Positions 40,122-50,861 are shown, counted from the first letter of the stretch. The stretch: 64,000 nucleotides of DNA from Candidatus Dormiibacterota bacterium (GCA_963709585.1 CAVPXI010000014.1:288001-352000), one strand, 5' to 3'. The notes: generated from the sequence alone by a model not told the origin. A program made the numbers and translations.

Positions 40122-41564
40122 TCATGGTGGACCGAACCAGGAAGTCAGGGCGTCATGCAGTCCCGTATCGGTGCCTTCCCCCACCCAGGCGACATGTCCG
40201 TCGGGCCGGATCAACGCGGCAGTGGGAGCGGTGACCGCGCCAAGTACCGGAAGTTCCCACAGCCCGGCATGTTCAGCATCGATCACCTGGACCCGGTCCG
40301 CCCACGGTGCGATGTCGAAGCCGCCGGGCGCACCGAGGTTGAGCAGCACCGGCTTGGCGTCGTGCAACAACGAGAACACCCGCACGGTGCCATCCGCAGT
40401 CGCGAGATCCAGGTCGGGCATGCGGCGCCCCAAGAGCGGATGTCCCTCACCGAGGTCATACGCAACGTCGAGGCCCGCGATCATGGCGGCGATGTGCTTG
40501 CGCGGCTCGTCCATGCGCAGCAGCTCCATCACCGTATCGCGCAGTGCAACGGACCGGTCGTCCGTTGCGCCGAGCGCCCTCTGCGCCATGGTGTTCCGCA
40601 GCACCCGCGCACCAACCGGGTGGCGTTCGGCTTGATACGTGTCGAGCAGGCTCACCGGTGATGTCCCGCTGACCACCTGGGCCAGCTTCCAGCCCAGGTT
40701 GACCGCATCCTGAACGCCAATGTTCAACCCCTGGCCTCCGATCGGTGCGTGCACGTGTGCCGCGTCTCGCGCAACCAGCACGCGCCCGCTGCGATAGGCC
40801 ACCGCCTGACGTGTCATGTCGGTAAAGCGAGAGATAAAGCGCGGGCTGTGCGCCCCGTGGTCCGTTCCGTCGACGCGGATGAGCGCTGCGCGGAGATCTT
40901 CCAGAGTAGGCTCGTCGGTGCGGTTCACCTCGGGTTCGATCAGGGTGACGCCCACGCGTCCCTCCTCGGCAGGGCCGATGCCACCACCGCCACGCAGGCC
41001 GAATTCCGGCATCTCCTCCATCTCGACCTCGGCAATGATCCAGCGCGTGGTTGGATCCCAGCCCGCGAAATCGATGCCGGCCGCATTGCGCACAACGCTG
41101 CGGCCCCCGTCGCAACCAACCAGATACTGCGCCCGCAGCGATGTGCCGTCGGACAACACGACATCGACACCGCTGTCGTCCTGCGTCAAACCCGTCACCT
41201 CGCGCTCGCGCAGGATGGGAACGCTCAGCTCATCGAGCCAGCCGGACATGATGCGCTCGAAGTGGCTCTGCAACAGCGCCATCCCGTAGTTGTGGCGGGT
41301 GGGGAAATCGCTGATGTCCATCGGGACTCCACCGAATGCCTGCACCTGCACCGTCTTTCCCTCGGCGAGAAAGCGATCAACGACGCCACGCTGATCGAGC
41401 ACTTCGATGGTGCGCGAGTGCAGACCTCGCGAGCGCGGGCTTTCGAGCTTGAAGCTGGCACGTCGCTCGACGATGACAACGTCGGTCCCCGCCAATGTCA
41501 GCTCTGCCGCCAGCATCATCCCCGTCGGACCGGCTCCGGCGATCACCACCGCATGCTCGCTCAA
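40122..41564 (-). CDS. FAD-dependent monooxygenase, Rox (rifampicin monooxygenase)-like
   Basis: GAGPTG, GCDGGRS.VR, DAAH.H.P.GGQGLN.G.QDA.NLGWKLA, YDLGEGHPLLGRR; upstream RAE. Confidence 0.8.
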   Translation of the reverse strand: MSEHAVVIAGAGPTGMMLAAELTLAGTDVVIVERRASFKLESPRSRGLHSRTIEVLDQRGVVDRFLAEGKTVQVQAFGGVPMDISDFPTRHNYGMALLQSHFERIMSGWLDELSVPILREREVTGLTQDDSGVDVVLSDGTSLRAQYLVGCDGGRSVVRNAAGIDFAGWDPTTRWIIAEVEMEEMPEFGLRGGGGIGPAEEGRVGVTLIEPEVNRTDEPTLEDLRAALIRVDGTDHGAHSPRFISRFTDMTRQAVAYRSGRVLVARDAAHVHAPIGGQGLNIGVQDAVNLGWKLAQVVSGTSPVSLLDTYQAERHPVGARVLRNTMAQRALGATDDRSVALRDTVMELLRMDEPRKHIAAMIAGLDVAYDLGEGHPLLGRRMPDLDLATADGTVRVFSLLHDAKPVLLNLGAPGGFDIAPWADRVQVIDAEHAGLWELPVLGAVTAPTAALIRPDGHVAWVGEGTDTGLHDALTSWFGPP

Positions 41565-41721
41565 ATTCGCACCTCCGCGGTGATGGTCCGAAACCGTACC
41601 GCGGGCCCCACCATCGGTTCGACGTCCGCACGCGAGCCATACATCGACAACAGCACCCGCACTGCGCGCCTCCCATTTCCGCAGATTTCTGCCCCAGGTC
41701 AGCGATTCTGCGGCAGGCCCC

Positions 41722-41740
41722 GGGTGTTGCCGCAAGCCCC
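41722..41740 (-). promoter_or_regulatory. Rifamycin-associated element (RAE)-like motif
   Basis: Minus strand GGGGCTTGCGGCAACACCC versus the RAE consensus GGGGCTTGCGGCAAGGCCC (recalled): 17/19 match. Confidence 0.75.
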
Positions 41741-41863
41741 CGGTGCGCTGATACAATTGAGGTGAAGGGAGTGGGTGCTCCTTGCACGTAGCCGCCTAGT
41801 GCTTGACTCGGGGCACCAGTTTTGCGCAGATGACCTGTGGCCGCGCCTGTCAGGTCCGATGAA

Positions 41864-42415
41864 TCACCCCGGCTCAATCAACCTGCCGTTCTTTGACAGG
41901 TTTGGGTCGGTGCATGAGGCAAGGTTGAAACAGCAGGGCCGTCGCTTCCCGCTTTTCATCTTCGAGATGCTTACTTCAACTCGTCGTTTGCGCGTATCGG
42001 GGTTTTGAGTTGCATTGACCCAGCGAACCCATTCCCAGCGCGCCATCGGCGTTATGTCTCTCCATACGTCTTGGATCTTCTGTGGGGCAGTTGCCAGGGC
42101 TGTCTCAAGATCCTGCGGCACGATCGGCTCCGGCCAGTCTTTGCGTGACTCGATTTCCAGCGTCGCGGTGTCACCCGCGCGTAACGCAGCGGTTTGTCGC
42201 AGCGTTTCATCAATCACCATCCAATGGCCAAAAGAGCCATCTGGTTCCAGCACCGTCTGGAACCCATGGCCATTGAGGGTTCCTCGTACCGCCACCTGCC
42301 CGCGCGACGGCAGTTTCCCGCTCGCTTCCTCGGGCAAACGCAAAATAGTCCGTTGGTCGATCGTGTACAGCGTGGCGTCAAAACGAATTGTTGGCGCCGC
42401 TGTGCGCTGACTCAT
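41864..42415 (-). CDS. DUF1905 + YdeI/OmpD-associated domain protein
   Basis: LPSRGQV.V.GT.NG and WVRWVN......TR.RR motifs. Confidence 0.75.
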   Translation of the reverse strand: MSQRTAAPTIRFDATLYTIDQRTILRLPEEASGKLPSRGQVAVRGTLNGHGFQTVLEPDGSFGHWMVIDETLRQTAALRAGDTATLEIESRKDWPEPIVPQDLETALATAPQKIQDVWRDITPMARWEWVRWVNATQNPDTRKRRVEVSISKMKSGKRRPCCFNLASCTDPNLSKNGRLIEPG

Positions 42416-42616
42416 AGTAGTCACCTATTGTGCAGTCCTACCACCACGATCTCAAGGGGCATAGCCGTCCGATCGCGGCACGGTACGGGGCGGGGACGAG
42501 CCCTCGCGGCCGTCAGTCAGTGGACATCGGTCCACCGAAGCGAGCCGACTTAGACATACTGTCCGCTGATCACGGTTGACCGGTCGGCGCTGCTCTTGCC
42601 CCGAGGAGGATGTTGA

Positions 42617-43234
42617 ATGGGTGTCTATCAGGATCATCTCCTGCCGCGCCTTCAGGATAGGGCCATGGACCGGAAGGCGAATCGCGCGGTGCGCGCTCGC
42701 GTCTGCACTGGGCTGCTTGGCGATGTCGTGGAGATCGGGTTCGGCACCGGACTCAACGTGCCGTATTACCCGTCGGGGGTTACAAGGGTTTTGGCTATCG
42801 AGCCGTCGTCGGTGTGTATGCGGATTGCTGAACCGCGGATCGCTCGGTCGACGGTCCCGGTGGTGCCGGCGGGCCGCAACGGCGAACGCCTGGAACTCCA
42901 ATCCGAAGCGTGCGACGCAGTGCTCTCGACGTGGACGCTTTGCACGATTCCCAACCTCAGCGCTGCACTCGGAGAGATGCGCCGCGTGTTGAAACCGGGC
43001 GGTTCGCTACATTTTGTCGAGCATGGGCACGCCCCCGATCCGCCAGTCGAGCGATGGCAGCGCCAACTCGAACCGCTGAATAAACAACTCGCGGGCGGGT
43101 GTCACCTCACCCGGAACATCCCACAATTGATCGAGGAAGCAGGCTTCGTGGTTGAGAAGCTCGACACGTATTACTCCGAGGGCGAGCCGAAGCCGTTCGG
43201 CTACACGTTCGAAGGACGAGCCATCAAGCGCTGA
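42617..43234 (+). CDS. Class I SAM-dependent methyltransferase
   Basis: VEIGFGTGLN, WTLCTI and RRVLKPGG motifs. Confidence 0.9.
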   Translation: MGVYQDHLLPRLQDRAMDRKANRAVRARVCTGLLGDVVEIGFGTGLNVPYYPSGVTRVLAIEPSSVCMRIAEPRIARSTVPVVPAGRNGERLELQSEACDAVLSTWTLCTIPNLSAALGEMRRVLKPGGSLHFVEHGHAPDPPVERWQRQLEPLNKQLAGGCHLTRNIPQLIEEAGFVVEKLDTYYSEGEPKPFGYTFEGRAIKR

Positions 43235-43241
43235 GGAATTG

Positions 43242-43989
43242 CTAGCGCCTCTCGTATTCGTCGTGGCGGCGGAGCCAGAGTTGAGGCGAGTTCGGCTTCA
43301 TCGCGACCGTTGGGGGCACGGTCGAGGATTGGGTAATACCCCATCAAGAACTCCAGCCCACGGGAGGTGGTGGAGTAGACGTGGTAGACGGCACCCTCGT
43401 CGAGGACGAAAGCGCTGAAGCCCGGGCCCTCGGACAGGTAGCCGACCACGTCTGTTCCGGAGGCGCTCGCGAGGTGATCCACGACTGGCGGCATCCCCGC
43501 CTCGATCATCGGCTTGATCCCCTCGCGGGTCTGTTCCTCTGTCCGTGACATGCCGAAGTCGAAATTGAAGTCGCTCTCGGCCGATGAGACCCAGGGAAAG
43601 CTCCAGCCCATCCGGCGCTCATAGGCCTGGAGCTTCGCCAGCGGAGCGCGCGAGACGTAGACCATGGTCACATCCCGTGCGTTGAGATGCGGAAGAACGC
43701 CGTTGACTGCGTCGGCGCTCGAGGAGCAGGTCGGGCAGCCCGCCTCGTAGCTCGGCCCGAACATGAAATGGTAGACAAGAAGCTGTGACCGACCGCCGAA
43801 CAGCTCGGCGAGCGTCCGGATACCTTCGTCGGTCTGAAACCGGTACTCCTTCTCGACCCGGACCCACGGTAGCTCGCGCCGTTGCCTCGCGAGCTCGTCA
43901 CCCATCCGCGTGTGCTCCTTCTCGCGCGCGAGCAGCGCCTCGCGAGCGGACAGCCACTCCTCTCGGCTTGCCACCTTGTGATCAGTCAT
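43242..43989 (-). CDS. DUF899 thioredoxin-like protein (frameshift near 43290)
   Basis: RRELPWV, YHFMFGP..CPTCS; the WLRRHDEY terminus is in the shifted frame. Confidence 0.85.
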
Positions 43990-44135
43990 GCGTGTCCTCC
44001 CATCGAATATCCGCCCATCCGGCCGCTTCCCGCTGTGCTGCCCGGATTTTGATACATGCAGGGTGCAACACCGGCGTTGCAAAGTCGCCACCAGACCGCT
44101 GCAGACGGCGCGATTTCGCAGGCGATCGTACGTTG

Positions 44136-45221
44136 ATGAACGAGCGAGGCATCCATATACCGGGCCTCGACGGGCTTCGCGCCGTGGCGGTGCTGGCCGT
44201 GGTGGCCTCCCACAGCTGGCCTCAGATGCTGATCGGTGGGTGGGCGGGGGTCGACATCTTCTTCGTGCTCAGTGGGTTCCTGATTACCTCCATCCTCCTT
44301 GCCGAGCACGAAAGGAGCGGCCGAATTTCCTTCCAGCGCTTCTACATGCGCCGTGCGCTACGTCTCCTCCCGGCGCTGGCGGTTACGCTGCTGCTCGGCG
44401 TCCTGATCGCACAGGTGATCTACCCGAAGTCAGCCGGCGACACCGTCCACGAGGCGTTGGCCGCCGCCCTCTACGTAGCCAACTGGGTCGTCGCGTTCGG
44501 GCAGGTGCACTCGGGACTGCTCATTCACACATGGACGCTCTCGATCGAGGAGCAGTTCTACTGGACCTGGCCGCTCGCGCTCGCCGTGTTACTTCGCATC
44601 GGCGGCCGGCGGCTCGCGCTCAGAGTAACCATCGCGATGATCGCGGTCGTTGTCATTCACCGCCTGATGGGTGTGCAGGGCGCTTACTTTCGAACTGACA
44701 CTCGCGCGGATTCACTCCTGATCGGATGTGCCGTGGCGATAGCAGCATCCATGGGTGCCTTCGAGCGGCTGAACCGGCGCGCCATGTGCATCGCAACGCT
44801 CATTGGAACGCTTGCACTTGGCTTCGTGTTTGCCTTCGCGCAGCAAGCGTCCCCATTCATGGAGGGTGTGGGGTACACGCTCGTTGCCCTCGCATCCGCG
44901 ACCATCGTCATCGCCCTTGCCGTTCGCCCGCTGCGCCCAGTTACGGCAACGCTGGGTTGGCGCCCGCTCACGTGGATCGGTCAACGTTCGTATGGCGTCT
45001 ACCTGTACCACCCACTGTGCCTTGCGGTGGTCGCGACGCGTCTGGGCATGGTTGGTCCCGCCACACTCGTGACCACCACGGCACTCTCCGTGGCAGCGGC
45101 GGCTGTGTCGTACCGCTACCTGGAGACTCCATTCCTCCGGCTCAAGGATCGAAAGGAGGAATCGACAGCGCGCCCGCGCGCTCACCCAAAGGTGCGGCCG
45201 ACACAACCGAGCCGGTTGTGA
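44136..45221 (+). CDS. Acyltransferase-3 (OafA-like) membrane protein
   Basis: LDGLRAVAV, GVDIFFVLSGFLIT, HTWTLSIEEQFY and SYGVYLYH motifs. Confidence 0.92.
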   Translation: MNERGIHIPGLDGLRAVAVLAVVASHSWPQMLIGGWAGVDIFFVLSGFLITSILLAEHERSGRISFQRFYMRRALRLLPALAVTLLLGVLIAQVIYPKSAGDTVHEALAAALYVANWVVAFGQVHSGLLIHTWTLSIEEQFYWTWPLALAVLLRIGGRRLALRVTIAMIAVVVIHRLMGVQGAYFRTDTRADSLLIGCAVAIAASMGAFERLNRRAMCIATLIGTLALGFVFAFAQQASPFMEGVGYTLVALASATIVIALAVRPLRPVTATLGWRPLTWIGQRSYGVYLYHPLCLAVVATRLGMVGPATLVTTTALSVAAAAVSYRYLETPFLRLKDRKEESTARPRAHPKVRPTQPSRL

Positions 45222-45290
45222 AGAACCGCGACGGCGATGGCGGTCGACTACCATGGCCAGCGCGACCGGCGTCGCCACCTGGAGGAGGCC

Positions 45291-45815
45291 ATGGACTTCG
45301 CACTCGAGCCTGGCAAGGAAGTGTTACGCCGCACGCCGGATATCGTGCGGGCGATGCTCTGGGACCTCTCCGATGGTTGGATCGCCGGCGACGAAGGACC
45401 GGAAACATGGTCTCCGTACCAAGTGGTCGGGCATCTCACCTACATCGAGGAGCACGACTGGATCGATCGGACGCGCGTGATCCTCGAACATGGCACTGAA
45501 CGCGTCTTCGAACCGGTGGACCGAGAAGCCGGGTTTACGCAATTCAGGGGCTGGACGCTACCTGATCTCCTGGATCGGCTTGCCGCGGTGCGGATCGCAA
45601 ATCTCGAGACGCTCGACGCGTTGATCGAAGTCGAGGATCTGCAACGAAGGGGTGTCCACCCGACGTTTGGAGAGGTGACGATCGGTCAGCTCCTCGCCAC
45701 ATGGGTGGTGCACGATCTGAATCATCTGGGCCAGATCGTCAAGACCATGGCCAAGCAGTACACCGAGGCGGTCGGCCCTTGGCGCGAGTTCCTCCCCATC
45801 ATCGACGCGCCCTGA
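45291..45815 (+). CDS. DinB family protein
   Basis: WSPY.VVGHL and WVVHDLNHLGQ motifs. Confidence 0.85.
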   Translation: MDFALEPGKEVLRRTPDIVRAMLWDLSDGWIAGDEGPETWSPYQVVGHLTYIEEHDWIDRTRVILEHGTERVFEPVDREAGFTQFRGWTLPDLLDRLAAVRIANLETLDALIEVEDLQRRGVHPTFGEVTIGQLLATWVVHDLNHLGQIVKTMAKQYTEAVGPWREFLPIIDAP

Positions 45816-45835
45816 ACTGGCTCGGCGAATCGCGT

Positions 45836-46496
45836 CTATGCGGAGGACGCCTCAGACCAGAGGAGACCCGATAGTTCGTCGGCACTGTGAGCGACACCGA
45901 ACAGCGTGCCCTCGGGCCCCGGAGCCACGCCGGCTTCGAGTGTCCCGGCACCGACGGCGTCGAATCCAAGTCGATCGATGAGCTGCATCACGGCTGCAAC
46001 CGCAGCGCGGTCATCGCCGGCCGCGGCGAGTGCGATGCGGCCCGGCGTGCCACGCGGACGCCTGTCCTCCTGGAATTCGTAGTAGCCCAGGTGATTGAAC
46101 TCTTCACCACGCGCGCCGACGTGAAGCGCTGTTGGACGACGACGCTCGTGCCCATCTGCGCGGTGGCGAGCTCCTCGTCGACGCCGTCGATCTCCTCCCA
46201 GAAGTTCATCGCATCGACGAGGATCTTGCCGTCAAAGAGATCGCGGGGAAGTTCTCGAAAGCGGTGCATGGGAACTGCCAGGATGATGAGGTCGGCGAAA
46301 CCGACGACCTCATCCGTCGCCACCGCACGAGCGCCGGGAGCGAGCACGTCGACGATCAGCGCAATGCGGTCGGCAGGTCCCGATCCCGATATCGCCACGT
46401 CGTATCCGGCTGCCACTGCGGCACGGGCGATGGTCGTACCGACCTTGCCGGCCCGACGATGCCGAGACGCCGCTCGGCCGATTCCCCGCTAGACAC
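45836..46496 (-). CDS. NADPH-dependent F420 reductase-like oxidoreductase (frameshifts near 46453 and 46095)
   Basis: GIVG/AGKVG Rossmann motif, LAVP, DAMN and AGDD..GFDAV..G.L. Confidence 0.75.
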
Positions 46497-47586
46497 TGGA
46501 GAATCCAGCGACCGCCGCCGGCAGTCTGATGGCATCCGCCTCCGCCACAGGATGCGCGAGCAACTCCCGGACCCGCGGAATCACCTCTCGTCCGTACAGC
46601 TCGATGGTCGCCATCCGCTGCTCATGGGGTACTCGCCCGGTCGCGTACGCCCAGTCGAACCGGCTGAGACCGAGCTGGCGAATGACGCCCGCTATCTTGG
46701 TCGCAACCGTTTCCGGCGAACCGAGATACAACGAACCATCGTCGATCTCGGCCTGAAAGCGTTCTCTCGTGGGACGCGCCCACCCCCGCTCGGCTGCCGC
46801 ATTCTCGAATATCTCCGCCCAGTACGGCCACTGGATCTCAGCGGCCTCCGTGTCGGTCCTGGCGACGTAGCCGTGTGAGTGCATGCCGATCGGAAGCTGC
46901 GCGTGTCCGTACTTGTCGAGCGCGCGTTTGTAGAGTTGAACCAACGGTGCGAATCGGCTCGGACTCCCGCCGATGACCGCCAGCATGAGCGGCAGCCCGT
47001 AGCGGGCAGCGCGGATCACCGACTGCGGACTGCCACCGACACCAACCCATGTGGGCAGGTGTCCCTCAGGGAGCGGAGGACTCACGTACTGGTTGGTGAG
47101 CGGTGAACGGAAGGTGCCGGACCAGGTGACCGGTTGGTCGCGCAGCAAGTGCGTGAGCAGGTCGAGTTTCTCCTCGAAGAGTTCCTCGTAGTCGGCGAGG
47201 TCGTATCCGAACAACGGGAACGACTCGGTCAGCGAACCGCGACCGACGATGAGTTGTGCACGACCGTTCGACACCGCGTCGAGGGTGGCGAAATTGGTGT
47301 ACACCCTCACGGGGTCCTGGGTGCTGAGCACGGTGACGGCGGTACCGAGGCGGATGCGTTGGGTTCGACCGGCGATCGCGGCCAGCATCACGTGCGACGC
47401 GGAGTCCATCATGTCGGGCCGGTAGTGCTCGGCGATGTTGAACGAGTCGATGCCGACAGCATCGGCGAGGACCGCCTCCTCGACGGTGTTCCGAATAACC
47501 GCATCACCGCTGAGTTGTCGACCGGATTCGTCGACACTGACGTAGACGAACGAATCCAATCCGAATTCAATGTCCGGAGTGATCAT
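46489..47586 (-). CDS. LLM-class flavin-dependent oxidoreductase
   Basis: AEHY, IRLGTAVTVLST.DPVR and GRGS..ESFPLFG motifs. Confidence 0.9.
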   Translation of the reverse strand: MITPDIEFGLDSFVYVSVDESGRQLSGDAVIRNTVEEAVLADAVGIDSFNIAEHYRPDMMDSASHVMLAAIAGRTQRIRLGTAVTVLSTQDPVRVYTNFATLDAVSNGRAQLIVGRGSLTESFPLFGYDLADYEELFEEKLDLLTHLLRDQPVTWSGTFRSPLTNQYVSPPLPEGHLPTWVGVGGSPQSVIRAARYGLPLMLAVIGGSPSRFAPLVQLYKRALDKYGHAQLPIGMHSHGYVARTDTEAAEIQWPYWAEIFENAAAERGWARPTRERFQAEIDDGSLYLGSPETVATKIAGVIRQLGLSRFDWAYATGRVPHEQRMATIELYGREVIPRVRELLAHPVAEADAIRLPAAVAGFSSV

Positions 47587-47618
47587 GGGTTGCTCCTCAG
47601 CTCCGGCATCGAACACGC

Positions 47619-48116
47619 TCAGGCCGGACATGTGGGTGGTTCCTCGGCAACGTCGCAGGGAGGCACCGACACTCCCGCCGCGCGGACCAGCAGGTCGTAG
47701 AGCGTTGCCCGCTCCTCTGCGCTCAGGGCGCTGAACAGGTCATCCTCGACAAGACGCAGCCGGGCGTAGGCGAGACAGAGCTCGCTCCCGCCCAGCGCGG
47801 ACAGCTCGACGATGTGGCGGCGGCGATCGACCGGATCGCGGCGGCGCGTGACCAGTTCGCGCTCCTCCAACTCATTGAGCAGTCCGACGACATTGCTCGG
47901 ATCCAGGCTCAGCGAGTCCGCGAGCCCCTGCTGATTCGCAGGCCCCTGTTCGCTGAGGAGCCTCAGAGCGATCAGGTGACGGGGGCGAAGCCCCCCGGGC
48001 GCCAGCGTTGCCTCGCCGGCGTTCCGACCGACACGCGCGAGGTGCTCAAGCAGGGGCAACAGCAGGTTGTCAACGGATGTCGTAACTGCCCTGGTCTCGC
48101 CCTTGGAGGTTGCCAT
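47619..48116 (-). CDS. MarR family regulator
   Basis: LA..L.LD...V..LE...LV.R..DP.DRR motif. Confidence 0.9.
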   Translation of the reverse strand: MATSKGETRAVTTSVDNLLLPLLEHLARVGRNAGEATLAPGGLRPRHLIALRLLSEQGPANQQGLADSLSLDPSNVVGLLNELEERELVTRRRDPVDRRRHIVELSALGGSELCLAYARLRLVEDDLFSALSAEERATLYDLLVRAAGVSVPPCDVAEEPPTCPA

Positions 48117-48218
48117 TGACCAATAATACATCGACTACCGGCTATTTGCAATACAGAAATGATTAGTGCTATACCATGTATGTCGCAGTCCGCGTCGTGA
48201 TCAAAAGGTACTGATCCA

Positions 48219-48761
48219 ATGAATCGAAGTCTGAGCGCGCGAGACCTCGCCCTCTTCGCCTTGCGCATGGGGGTCGGTGGGGCACTCGTAGCCCACGGCG
48301 CGCAGAAGCTGTTCGGTTGGTTCGGCGGCGCCGGCCTGGAACAGACGAGCGCGACGTTCGCCAGGCTGGGGTTTCGCCCGGGCACCCTGAACGCGATCGC
48401 GGCCGGCCTGGGCGAAGCCGGCGGCGGCGCCCTCCTGGCGGTCGGCCTGGCGACGCCAGGGGCCGGCGCCGCCGTGGCCGGGACGATGATCGTCGCCTCC
48501 TCGATGCACGTCGACAAGGGCTTCTTCAACGGCAAGGGAGGTTTCGAGTACCCAGCATTGTTGGGGTGGAGCGCCGCATCGCTGGCTCTCACGGGCCCCG
48601 GCAGACTGTCGCTCGACAGTGCGCTTGGGCATCGATTGAACCGATCCTGGATGCGCAACCTCGCGCTGGCTGCCGCCGCGCCGGCCGCGCTCGCGGTCAT
48701 CGCCAGACGACGCCGTGCCGTCACCGCCGCGCAGGCCGCGCAGCCGGGTGCCGCGGCGTAG
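48219..48761 (+). CDS. DoxX family protein
   Basis: HGAQKLFGWFGG.G, GGFEYP and GPG.LSLD motifs. Confidence 0.9.
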   Translation: MNRSLSARDLALFALRMGVGGALVAHGAQKLFGWFGGAGLEQTSATFARLGFRPGTLNAIAAGLGEAGGGALLAVGLATPGAGAAVAGTMIVASSMHVDKGFFNGKGGFEYPALLGWSAASLALTGPGRLSLDSALGHRLNRSWMRNLALAAAAPAALAVIARRRRAVTAAQAAQPGAAA

Positions 48762-49097
48762 GAAACAAGCGCCTGACCATCAGCGCCGCATCCGAGCTGT
48801 CCGCTGACGGAGGCCGTGTGTGCGCCTGCGGACTGACAGGGTCGGCGATCTGCCTTCAAGCTCGACTTCTCGGAGACATGACGGAGTGCGCTTCCAGCCC
48901 ACGTGCGTACTGCGTCCATACAACTTCGAGTACGACGGAGCTGCACGCGAGCTCCACGATCTGAAGGGTGTGGCCGCCCCTGGAGCGTCTCTCCCCCTCC
49001 CGCTCCGGGCGGCCATACCTCGATCGTGACCGGTGCGAACGGGCATAATCCGGCCGCCGGCCTGCAATCGCCGCCGGCTTCAAGCGAGGAGACGCTG

Positions 49098-49304
49098 ATG
49101 GCACGAATCGATGAGTTGACCGACGAAAAAGCGGCCGAATTCGGACGCACGTTCATACGGTGGCTGACGGACGAGGATCCCGCTGGGGTCGCGAGGTTCT
49201 TTCCCGACCTCGATCCACACGCTATCGAGGACTTGGAAGCCTCGGACATCGGCCGAGCCGTCCTCGAGGATCTCGTCGCCGAACGCTTCGTGCAGCCGCG
49301 CTAG
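49098..49304 (+). CDS. Small hypothetical protein
   Basis: GAGGAG RBS; MARIDELTDEK..., 68 aa. Confidence 0.55.
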   Translation: MARIDELTDEKAAEFGRTFIRWLTDEDPAGVARFFPDLDPHAIEDLEASDIGRAVLEDLVAERFVQPR

Positions 49305-49384
49305 GCGCCCGAGGCCTTTCCCGCCCCGATCGAGACGTCGATCCGCCCAGGGTGACTGGCGCCGGCGCCTGCCGGCGGCGCTGG

Positions 49385-50333
49385 TTAGATGGCGCCTGGT
49401 GTGGCCGTCGGCGTCGGCGCCCCCGCCGGGGTACCGCCGCTGCCATACCCGCCGGGGGGCACCGCGGTCGTCAAGCTCGACCAGGCGACGGCGCCGGTGG
49501 GCGCACTCACCGACGGCGCCGTGCCCCAGGCGCTGAAGGTGGTCGTGGATGTCAGGACCACGACGCCGACGGAGATCGTGGACGTATCGATGATCGGCAG
49601 GTCGGTTCTCGGAGCGACGTCGAGTGTTCCGGTCCCGGCAGGGAGGTTGTTCGTGGGTGGGACGGCTCCGGAGATCCTCGTGGCCGTGACACCTCCCGCG
49701 TCAGTGACTCTGGTGCTGGACTTCAGGGGTCAGCGCCAGAGTCAGTTTCGCCTGACTGCCGGCCGTGATACCCGGCTGGAGGATGGTGTACGGACCGTTG
49801 CCGCCCACCACGGAGACCCACTTGCCGTCAACGCTCGTGGCTGACGCCGCGGACACGCCGAGTTGATCCTCGATTGCCGGGACGTTGCCCTTGAAGTAGA
49901 CCGTGGTGCCGACGAGAAGCAGTGTGAACTGCTCGGCACCGTAGTTCGAATCGAAGGTGATCGCCTGACTTCCCCCCGACTGCCCGGCATCACCCACGAT
50001 GGTCTGGGGATAACCACCCGCGGTCACGGCCACGTAGTGGAAACCGGTCGAGGCGCGGGTCGACGCCACCGCCTGCTGGTAGAGCGCGCGTGCCTCCGCA
50101 GCGCTACCAGTCGTCGCCGGCACGGCCGTCGGTGAGCCCGAGGTCGATTGAGTGCCCTGGATATGGCGCACCAGGAGCACGCTGCCAACGCCGATGCCGG
50201 CGGCGATGATCCCGGTGGCGGCGAAGAGGGCAACGACCGCGAGGATCGGCGAGGTGCGCCTGGGCGGCGTGGTCGACGGCGCGGGTGGCCATGCCGGTGG
50301 CTGGGGGGGAAATGCCCAGCGGTCATCGTTCAT
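49385..50333 (-). CDS. Membrane-anchored exported protein, LppX/LolA-like fold suspected (frameshift near 49715)
   Basis: Pro-rich N-terminus, TM helix, beta-rich G.TVY.KG and GKWV, C-terminal FS.WG. Confidence 0.55.
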
Positions 50334-50438
50334 CGCACACCATGGTGAACGGTCGGGCCTTTCTGTTCGCTTGCATGGAGAAGCCTGAGTTCGATACTAG
50401 TCGACGCCACTGCGCCCACCGCCACGAAGGAGAAGCCC

Positions 50439-50831
50439 ATGAGCGACGCAGCCATGGCGGCCGTCTTCGACCATTTCCACGCGAGGCGGAGGCAGGATCT
50501 CGACGCGATCGCCGCTGGTCTCGATCCGGATGTGGTGCACCAGGGGGTCCGCCCTGAACTCGTCTGCAATGGGCGGCCGGCGGTTCTGGAGCGCATCGGC
50601 GCCTCCTTCGAAAGCGGCGAGACCGGCATCGAGCGGCTCGAGTTGCATGCGGCCGGCGAGAGCGTGATCGTCGGCATCGCCGGCCCTCGCTTCCGGGAGA
50701 TTCCGTTCCTCGACGGTGAGATCTTCATGGTCTTCACGCTGCGTGACCGGCTGATCCTGCGCATCGACGACTACCGGACCCGCGAGGAGGCCTTCCGTGC
50801 GGTGGGGGCGATGTCACCCGACCGCGGCTAG
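50439..50831 (+). CDS. SnoaL/NTF2-like protein
   Basis: AAGGAG RBS; LDPDVV and VFTLRD.LI.RI.DY..REEA motifs. Confidence 0.75.
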   Translation: MSDAAMAAVFDHFHARRRQDLDAIAAGLDPDVVHQGVRPELVCNGRPAVLERIGASFESGETGIERLELHAAGESVIVGIAGPRFREIPFLDGEIFMVFTLRDRLILRIDDYRTREEAFRAVGAMSPDRG

Positions 50832-50861
50832 CCGCAGCACCGGGGAAGGGCGGCACGGCTG

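Noticed and set aside
48820-49029. Possible adenylate-cyclase C-terminal remnant (HDLKGV)
   Set aside because: Too short and degenerate to support.
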